From: Candidatus Uhrbacteria bacterium
GTDB lineage: Bacteria; Patescibacteriota; Patescibacteriia; UBA9934; GWF2-40-263
DNA: 64,000 bases
Direction: 5' to 3'
NCBI GenBank assembly: GCA_903843045.1
Contig: CAIMOJ010000046.1
Coordinates: 95,073-159,072 of the forward strand
The notes beneath the pieces are model-generated. The model saw only the letters and a list, made by a program, of their open reading frames with translations, was not told the DNA's origin and ran no database searches. Positions 58,901 to 64,000 of this stretch are shown here, in pieces (the stretch's first letter is position 1; every line of letters begins with the position of its first letter). The translations under genes were made by a program, and so were the position numbers.

Positions 58901-59173
58901 AAATCCCGGGGTGCTGTGGCCGTCGAACACGGCCGTAAGCCGGGAGACGACGCTCGCGGAAACGGTCCGCGCGAGCCGCTCGTCCTTGATCCCCGCCGAC
59001 TGCATGGCGGCAAGAACGGAGCGGTATAGCTTTCCCGCGTCGAACGACTGCTCGGAACCGTCGCGTTTTTTCAGGGCCTTGAGCGACGTAACAAATTCCC
59101 AGACGGCATCGGAGACGCCCTGGGCCGGAGCGATCGTCGGACGAACGGACGTAGCAACGAGGGGTTCGGACAT
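55964..59173 (-). CDS. nrdJ: Adenosylcobalamin-dependent ribonucleotide reductase (class II, NrdJ)
   Basis: 1069 aa. Class II RNR motifs: the thiyl-radical Cys loop around NPCSE and the B12-binding region. C-terminal Cys-rich zinc ribbon CDTCGSMMVRNAACYKCLNCGS. No intein seen. Confidence 0.93.
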   Translation of the reverse strand: MSEPLVATSVRPTIAPAQGVSDAVWEFVTSLKALKKRDGSEQSFDAGKLYRSVLAAMQSAGIKDERLARTVSASVVSRLTAVFDGHSTPGFSDVREAVNLTFIDHNLSHAAKRYLSFRTVEARRAKQPTFGHGISVGRYYTKPGMHPYDQIEWERRDARITNEKGATVFEQLAVEVPKTWTQTATNIVVSKYFRGKVGAPDREFSVKQLVSRVAVTISNWGRNEAYFQTAEDADVFEAELTHLLANQMAAFNSPVWFNVGVNPHPQCSACFINSVQDDMRSILNLAVTEGMLFKGGSGAGSNLSKLRSRQEYMGGSNGKASGPVSFMKGLDAFAGVIKSGGKTRRAAKMVILNADHPDIMEFITCKLEEEKKAWALMDAGYDGSMDGAAYSSIYFQNANNSVRVTDDFMFAVEADGDWTTHEVTTGKPSLTYKAREVMRAAAEATWLCGDPGMQYDTTVNKWHTCKNTDRINASNPCSEYMFLDDTACNLASLNLMKYRKVVNGEQVFDVDSFKKANEIIITAMEIVVGSSSYPTPAIEQNSFDYRPLGIGYANLGALLMSFGLPYDSEEGRNLAATITALQSGHSYFQSSKIAEKIGPFAGFKKNEAPCLEVMRMHRDAAYQITTSGVPSDILFEARKAWDNVVSHASVHGLRNAQISVLAPTGTIGFLMDCDTTGIEPDIALVKYKWLVGGGMMKIVNQTVPEGLHRLGYTETEIREILEYIDKADTIEGAPHIRAEHLPVFDCAFKAAQGTRTIQYMGHVRMMAAVQPFISGAISKTVNMPHEATVEDIEKVYMEGWKLGLKAIAIYRDGSKRQQALTTSKEKDAKKQNAEEVAKAVETVEAPKPVAAAVVTDEYKAKRRRLPDERRAITHKFSVGNHEGYITVGLYDDGTPGEIFITMAKEGSVISGLMDAFAASISVGLQYGVPLQVFVNKYVHMRFEPSGYTTNPNIRIAKSIVDYIFRWMAMKFLSVEAQRAVGINVVEDVVVDEMKELEGKLHGSDAVTSVPNAQIDLFAAAPKAATKAPSLTGTFDNHSDAPACDTCGSMMVRNAACYKCLNCGSTSGCS

Positions 59174-59228
59174 AGGAACGAAATGAAGGGAAAAATGTCG
59201 GATAAAAAAGAGGCACGGAACGCCCCAC

Positions 59229-59274
59229 CCACTACATCTAGTGGTATGTCTCTATTTTATGCCACAAGATGTGG
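59229..59274 (-). promoter_or_regulatory. Tandem NrdR-box-like palindromes upstream of nrdJ
   Basis: On the minus strand, box 1 CCACATCTTGTGG and box 2 CCACTAGATGTAGTGG (close to the NrdR consensus aCACTAtATaTAGTGt). Centre-to-centre spacing about 31.5 bp. TAAAAT -10-like element between the boxes. Box 2 lies 56 nt upstream of the ATG. Confidence 0.45.
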
Positions 59275-59301
59275 GGTTGCAAGGGTCGGTTATCCACACG
59301 A

Positions 59302-59868
59302 TCAAAACCCCAGCGTTAGGTTGATCGCCTGCTTCTGGGCGGGTTTCTGGGCGAAGTCCACGGGGATCGCCTTACGCCCCCCAAGCCGGTCCTCGTAGGC
59401 CAAAGCGCCATATTTCAAGCCGTATTCGTACACGCCCTTGGTTACCCGGACGTCGTCGAGGCAATACTTCTTGATCTTCTCGATTTCCCCCTGCTGGTAC
59501 CACTCCACGGCCTGCAGCCCGTGGCCGCTCTTCCCCACCCCGAGGCAGGTCTGCGCCACGTGGTCGAGCTTCAGCCGGAACCCGATGGACTTCTTGATTT
59601 CCTCCAGGATATCAAGCTGCGGGAGCTGGAATAGGTCGCCCGGATAGTAGTTATTCAATATCGGAATGTCGAATCCCTTGGAATTGTACCCGATCATCCG
59701 CCCGCCGTGCTCCAGCCGCGGCCAGAGCTTCGGCAGCTCCGCCTCCGTATAGGCCACATACTCGTCCGTCTCATAAAAATACACGCCGACGATCGACGCG
59801 CGCATCAACGAATAGTCCGCTCCCGCGGCGGTGGTTGTCTCGATGTCGAAGACGATCTCGTTGCTCAT
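59302..59868 (-). CDS. DEDDh 3'-5' exonuclease (DnaQ/RNase T-like)
   Basis: Start at MSNEIVFDIETTT (ATG 59868), an Exo I motif. 188 aa. Confidence 0.75.
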   Translation of the reverse strand: MSNEIVFDIETTTAAGADYSLMRASIVGVYFYETDEYVAYTEAELPKLWPRLEHGGRMIGYNSKGFDIPILNNYYPGDLFQLPQLDILEEIKKSIGFRLKLDHVAQTCLGVGKSGHGLQAVEWYQQGEIEKIKKYCLDDVRVTKGVYEYGLKYGALAYEDRLGGRKAIPVDFAQKPAQKQAINLTLGF

Positions 59869-59869
59869 A

Positions 59870-60412
59870 TTACAGTTCGTATAGGAATACCGTCTCGCTG
59901 CCAATCTTTTCTCTCCCGGTCTCTTTCAGCGTCGGAAACGGGAAGGTGCGCGAAACGACTCTCGTTCGGGCAGGATACCGTTTTTTCAGGATTGGCTCAA
60001 GGCGGGCATTGAGCTCGGGAAAGAGGTAGGAAAAAATAACGTCGGCATCGGGGAGATCAACCTTGAGCATGCTGCCACGCGCAAACGTCGCCGTTTCCGA
60101 CAGACCGAGAGAGCGCGCGCGCAGATTCGAAAACCAGTACAGCGACCACTGCGTCTCGATCCCGTGGCCGGTCGCCCCGAAGTCGCGCGCCGCGTCGATG
60201 ACGGTCGATCCGTCCCCGCTCCCCGCGTCGAGCATCCGTTCGCCCGGCTTCAGCCCGGCCAGTTGCAGCATCCTCTTCGTTTTCCACCGCGGCGTCCGAA
60301 CCCAGGGAACGGACGTGAAGGCGACGAGGTGCCAGTGAATCATGAACAGCATCGCGGCCAGCAGGATCAGCTGAATCAGAAGGATGAGGAACAGCGCGAT
60401 GGATTGCGGCAT
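59870..60412 (-). CDS. Membrane-anchored class I SAM-dependent methyltransferase (paralog of 51530-52066)
   Basis: N-terminal TM, VPWVRT, LDAGSGDGSTVID and PGARVVS, aligning with the other copy at about 35-40% identity. Confidence 0.65.
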   Translation of the reverse strand: MPQSIALFLILLIQLILLAAMLFMIHWHLVAFTSVPWVRTPRWKTKRMLQLAGLKPGERMLDAGSGDGSTVIDAARDFGATGHGIETQWSLYWFSNLRARSLGLSETATFARGSMLKVDLPDADVIFSYLFPELNARLEPILKKRYPARTRVVSRTFPFPTLKETGREKIGSETVFLYEL

Positions 60413-60430
60413 AGTGTTTTCACGGGGACG

Positions 60431-61279
60431 TCAGTCCCGCTTGTTCGAAACTGCCGCGGCCGCCTTCCCGACCCCTTCGCTCCAGGCAGAATCCGCACGG
60501 GGCATGGCCGCGAGCCTCTCGACCGTCGTCCCGAGTTGAATCGCAACGGAGGCCTCGTGGATCATCTCGCCGGCGCGGTCCGCGACGATCTGGCACCCCA
60601 CGACCTTGCGCGTCTTCGGGTGCGCGACGATCTTCACGAGACCGGTCGCGACCTTTTCCGCGACCGCTCGCGGCAGCGTCGAAACGTCGCACCGGCCCAC
60701 GAGCGCGCCGCCGAACCTTGCCTTCGCCTCCGCGGCCGTGAGTCCCGCCGTCGCGACCTCGGTGTGAACGAACGCGACGCGGACCAAGGACGGATCAACG
60801 GGCTTGCCCGTGCGTCCCGCCGCCAGCACGACCGCCTCGAGCGCGTGCGTCTCGACCGTGGCGCCGGACCGTACCCTCAGTCCGTATACCGCCCCTGTCG
60901 CGTTGATGGCCTCGAGAATTTCCGCGGACGTCGCGACCTCGATCCCCAGCCGGGCAAGCCGAGCGCCTGCGACCGCGGAAATCTCCCGGTCGACGCGCGG
61001 CAGCACGTTCGCCTCCCGCTCCACGAGCAGGACGCGCGTCCCGAGCGACGCGAACAGCGCCGCGATCTCGCATCCCGTCGACCCCGCGCCGATGACCGCC
61101 ATCGTCTTCGGCAGCCGCTTGAGCGACAACGCGTCCCTCGCGCGCAACAAGTGAATCGTCTCGATGCCGGGAATGCCCGGCACGATCTCCTCGCGTCCGG
61201 CCGCGACCGCGCGCTCCGCCTTCGCGCGAAGGATTCTCGCGAGCGGCACGTCCAAAAAATCCATGGTGGGTTGCGACAT
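60431..61279 (-). pseudogene. Pyridine nucleotide-disulfide oxidoreductase fragment (Lpd/MerA/GR family) lacking the N-terminal FAD/redox-Cys domain
   Basis: 282 aa covering only the NAD-binding domain (MAVIGAGSTGCEIA) and dimerisation domain. The ATG is 1 nt after the upstream GH stop. It could also be an expressed truncated protein. Confidence 0.55.
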
Positions 61280-61280
61280 A

Positions 61281-62297
61281 CTAGCGCGATGAGAATATCC
61301 GCCTCGCCTCGTTCCACAGTCCCGGATCCCCGTGCTTCTTCAGCCAAAACCACCACTCCGCGCCCCAGAGGTTCGTCTCGGAAATGCCCGTGCGCGCGGC
61401 GAAGGCGACGTTCTCGGCGAGGTCGCGCGGGGTAAAGTAGGTCGCCCACTCGGCCGGGGCATTGTTCGCGATCGGCTCGCCGAACCAGGGTTCGGCCTGC
61501 AGTTCGGAAATGCCCACCTCGCCTGCGAACGGCCTGACGGCAAGGGCGCGGACGCGATAGACCCAGGCGGGAATCGGATAGTGGAAATAGCCGAACGTGG
61601 GGCTCCACGTGGTGCGGTAGAGCGAGATCCCGAGATCGTCGACGGGACCCGCGACGGGAAGCCATGCCTCCAGTTCCCCGCTGACCGTCGCCGCGATCGG
61701 GTGTCTGCCATCGGTTTGGCGAACGAGATCAATCTCGCGCCGCCACTCGGTCGCGTCGGGCTTCGGACACACGCCGAAGTCGAACAGCGGCTCGTTCTCC
61801 ACCTGCCAGCGAGAGAGCGCGGGACTGTTCTGATAGCGCGTAACGACGCCCCCGAGAAATGCCTCCAACGCCTCGTACCGCTTCGGGGCGTCGCCAGCCT
61901 CGGCCCAGTCCGGAACGAAGCATTCCGGCCACCGCGGCACTTTCATCCCAATCGCCAGCGTCACCGAAGCTCCGCGTTTCTCCGCCTCGCCCATCATCCA
62001 GTCCACGTCGTCCCAATGAAACTCGCCTTGGCGCGGCTCCACGTCCGACCAGTACACCGGAATTCGAAACCGTCGCACGCCGACGTCGTCCAGCAGCGCC
62101 GTAAACGTCTCCCGCGAATCCAGCCCAAGCTCCCGCGCGTGAATCGTAGAAAACGTCACGCCCAACTTCTGTCGCGCCGGCACCTCCGCCCAAACCGCCA
62201 ACCCAAACGCCGCCGCAACGATCAAAAATCCGACGGCAACGTGCCTCTTTTCGTATTTCGTTACTTTCGTAATATGTTTCGCACTTCGTAACCTCAT
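61281..62297 (-). CDS. Membrane-anchored glycoside hydrolase, GH clan A (GH5-like)
   Basis: Start at MRLRSAKHI (ATG 62297). Signal anchor VAVGFLIVAAAFGLAVWA and catalytic NEP motif WQVENEPLFDF. The listed longer N-terminus (TTG start) is an Arg-rich shadow. Confidence 0.65.
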   Translation of the reverse strand: MRLRSAKHITKVTKYEKRHVAVGFLIVAAAFGLAVWAEVPARQKLGVTFSTIHARELGLDSRETFTALLDDVGVRRFRIPVYWSDVEPRQGEFHWDDVDWMMGEAEKRGASVTLAIGMKVPRWPECFVPDWAEAGDAPKRYEALEAFLGGVVTRYQNSPALSRWQVENEPLFDFGVCPKPDATEWRREIDLVRQTDGRHPIAATVSGELEAWLPVAGPVDDLGISLYRTTWSPTFGYFHYPIPAWVYRVRALAVRPFAGEVGISELQAEPWFGEPIANNAPAEWATYFTPRDLAENVAFAARTGISETNLWGAEWWFWLKKHGDPGLWNEARRIFSSR

Positions 62298-62319
62298 CGC
62301 CCTTCGTACCCACCCGTGC

Positions 62320-63897
62320 CTAGATCTCTTCTTTTTTCTCCCGCAGAAACGCCAGCCATCCCTCCACCATGCTGATCGCCGCCTTGAACGGCGCCTCCAC
62401 GATGAAGTCAAAGAAGAAGATGAACACGTTCACCCGCGGGGCCCGGAGCGCGACCCAGCGGCCGGCGCGGATCATCGGGAGGAACAGGATGTCCGCGATC
62501 GTCCCGACGATGCCGACGCGCGTCTCCACCACCATCAGCTCGCGGCGCGTGTTGCGGATCTTCAGGCCGAAGAAGGTGACGAGCGAGAGGAAGAACACGA
62601 AGAAGAAGATCGAGAGCGGGTTGAAGTCGAACGAGTGCAGGATCGTCGCGATCACCGTGATCGTGAACAGGAACATCACGGCGTAAATCGCGTTGAACAC
62701 GATGCCGAGCGTTCCGCGCGACCAGGGCCGGCGCATCTTGTACGTGAACCCGACGTTATCGCCGATTCCGAGGAACGCGTGCGCCTCGTGGATGATCGCC
62801 TCCGTGTTCGCCGCCTCCGGGATGCGCGCGGTCAGTCCGATGATGCCGAGCATCGTCGGGTGGAAGATGATGTTCACGAGCAACGGCGTAATGTTCGTCG
62901 TCTTCAGCACGAGCCGCTCGTATGGGAACTCGATGATGAGCGCGAGCGCCATCTTGGTAATGAACAGGAACAGCACGGCGCGCACGACCGAGTTGCGCAG
63001 GCGCGCCTTGAACTTGTCGTAGCGCTGCGACGCGAACAGCGAGACGCGGGAATCGATCTCGCCCACGTTGTGCGCCGTCACGTACTCGGCGAACTTCTTC
63101 GGATTTTCCTCGGCCGCGTCGCGGATGACATGGAAGACGATGGCGTGCCGGCGCACGATCATGTACAGCGCGTCCTGGCCCGGATGCTGGATGGAGCGCT
63201 CCACCTGGTCGATCATCCGCGTCAGCTCCTCGGCCGTCACGGCTTTCGCGACATGCTCGCCCGACTTGGTCCAGTCGGGATGGAACAGCGCGAACACGCG
63301 GAATCGCAGCGTCGCGAGGTTCGACTTGAGAACCGCGCGGTGAACGGCAATGTACAGCTGAAGGTCTCGATCCTGCTCGCCGATCACGTCGCTGTTCCAC
63401 GACAGCCGCTGCTTCAGCTCCGCGTACGCGAAGCTGGCCACCGCCTCGTCCACGATCGGAGGCGACATCACGTATTCGACCTCCGTCGACACGACGTCAA
63501 GCAGCCAGTCGTGCGAGCGCTGGCCTTCCTTCGTCGTGTGCGTCGCGGCCACGAAGAGCGGCTGGTACTTGTCGAGGATCGCCGCGAGCGTGCCGACCTT
63601 GGACTCGGGGATCGCCTTGTTCGGAAGGTACCGCGCCCAGATCAGCTCGCGCAACAAATCGGCTGCGAGCGCCGCGCTCTCAACCTCCCCAAGCTTGCGC
63701 TTCAAAATCCGACGGATCGCGTTCCGGCGAAGCAAATGTTCCTCGTCGTACTCCAACGAGTTCCGAATCGTCTCGTACACCGACGCGGCCGCCGAGACGG
63801 TCTCGGACACGGTCAGAAGCTCGCCCTCGGGCTTCGTCTCGGCGAGCTCGTGAGCCTTCTCAATCGCTCCGAGAAGAAATTCAAGCGGTTTATCCAT
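62320..63897 (-). CDS. Hypothetical protein with large cytoplasmic N-domain and C-terminal polytopic membrane domain
   Basis: 525 aa, 5-6 C-terminal TM helices. No recognisable family. Confidence 0.55.
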   Translation of the reverse strand: MDKPLEFLLGAIEKAHELAETKPEGELLTVSETVSAAASVYETIRNSLEYDEEHLLRRNAIRRILKRKLGEVESAALAADLLRELIWARYLPNKAIPESKVGTLAAILDKYQPLFVAATHTTKEGQRSHDWLLDVVSTEVEYVMSPPIVDEAVASFAYAELKQRLSWNSDVIGEQDRDLQLYIAVHRAVLKSNLATLRFRVFALFHPDWTKSGEHVAKAVTAEELTRMIDQVERSIQHPGQDALYMIVRRHAIVFHVIRDAAEENPKKFAEYVTAHNVGEIDSRVSLFASQRYDKFKARLRNSVVRAVLFLFITKMALALIIEFPYERLVLKTTNITPLLVNIIFHPTMLGIIGLTARIPEAANTEAIIHEAHAFLGIGDNVGFTYKMRRPWSRGTLGIVFNAIYAVMFLFTITVIATILHSFDFNPLSIFFFVFFLSLVTFFGLKIRNTRRELMVVETRVGIVGTIADILFLPMIRAGRWVALRAPRVNVFIFFFDFIVEAPFKAAISMVEGWLAFLREKKEEI

Positions 63898-63906
63898 AGA
63901 AAAATT

Positions 63907-64000
63907 TTACACGATCAGCGGCAGCGGCTGGATCTCGCTGATTCTTCCGAGCACGATGTCCTCGATGCGGTACGTTCCGTGCGTCGGCGCCTCCACGTAG
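63907..64000 (-). CDS. 3' end of an unidentified CDS (partial, runs off the window)
   Basis: The minus-strand frame ends ...YVEAPTHGTYRIEDIVLGRISEIQPLPLIV then TAA (63907-63909). High GC3. Confidence 0.4.
   Translation of the reverse strand, partial: YVEAPTHGTYRIEDIVLGRISEIQPLPLIV

Overview
This is a high-GC (about 65%), gene-dense bacterial chromosomal segment with many 4-nt start/stop overlaps and canonical sigma70-like promoters (TTGACA-N17-TAnnnT). All numeric coordinates and repeat alignments below were read by hand from the raw sequence and may be off by a few nt. The left end (1-5069, minus strand) is a phage-derived module: Sak4-like RecA-family ATPase, a small SD-preceded protein, a roughly 500-nt non-coding gap, a ParB-nuclease/DNA-methyltransferase fusion, TerS-like HTH protein, terminase large subunit and a DUF2292-like small protein. 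The rest is housekeeping: hpf-secA, murC-nudix-HIT-murB, glyA, htrA, folD, an aromatic amino-acid permease, dnaB, ybaB-recR, rplU, an envelope operon (DUF192 / GT4 phospho-sugar transferase / membrane-anchored ClpC-like ATPase), tgt, and hrcA-grpE-dnaK-(small TM ORF)-dnaJ with a perfect CIRCE operator. It continues with a Kef-type antiporter, ribE-ribH, tRNA-Glu(CUC), a surface-protein operon, murF-ftsI, truD, tRNA-Pro(CGG) preceded by a scrambled partial tRNA-Pro copy, a NUDIX-CobO fusion and B12-dependent nrdJ with NrdR-box-like palindromes. The most unusual signal is a family of about 37-47-nt palindromic mini-elements (a 9-10-bp CCCCTCCTC/GGAGGAGGGG-type hairpin plus a CAGGGTGAGGTC-like tail) inserted in frame inside at least four unrelated genes (folD, DUF192, ribE, a SAM methyltransferase). 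The same element is translated in two different frames, which argues for an RPE-like intragenic mobile repeat rather than a conserved peptide. Other notable items are a GGGTCGAAGG repeat family, a MITE-like inverted-repeat element between htrA and folD, mutually exclusive hairpins that sequester the tgt start codon, a presenilin/SPP-like intramembrane protease gene split by an in-frame TAG, a second gene split by an in-frame TGA, and a four-gene orphan cluster with modular promoter/terminator units. No CRISPR array and no rRNA were seen.
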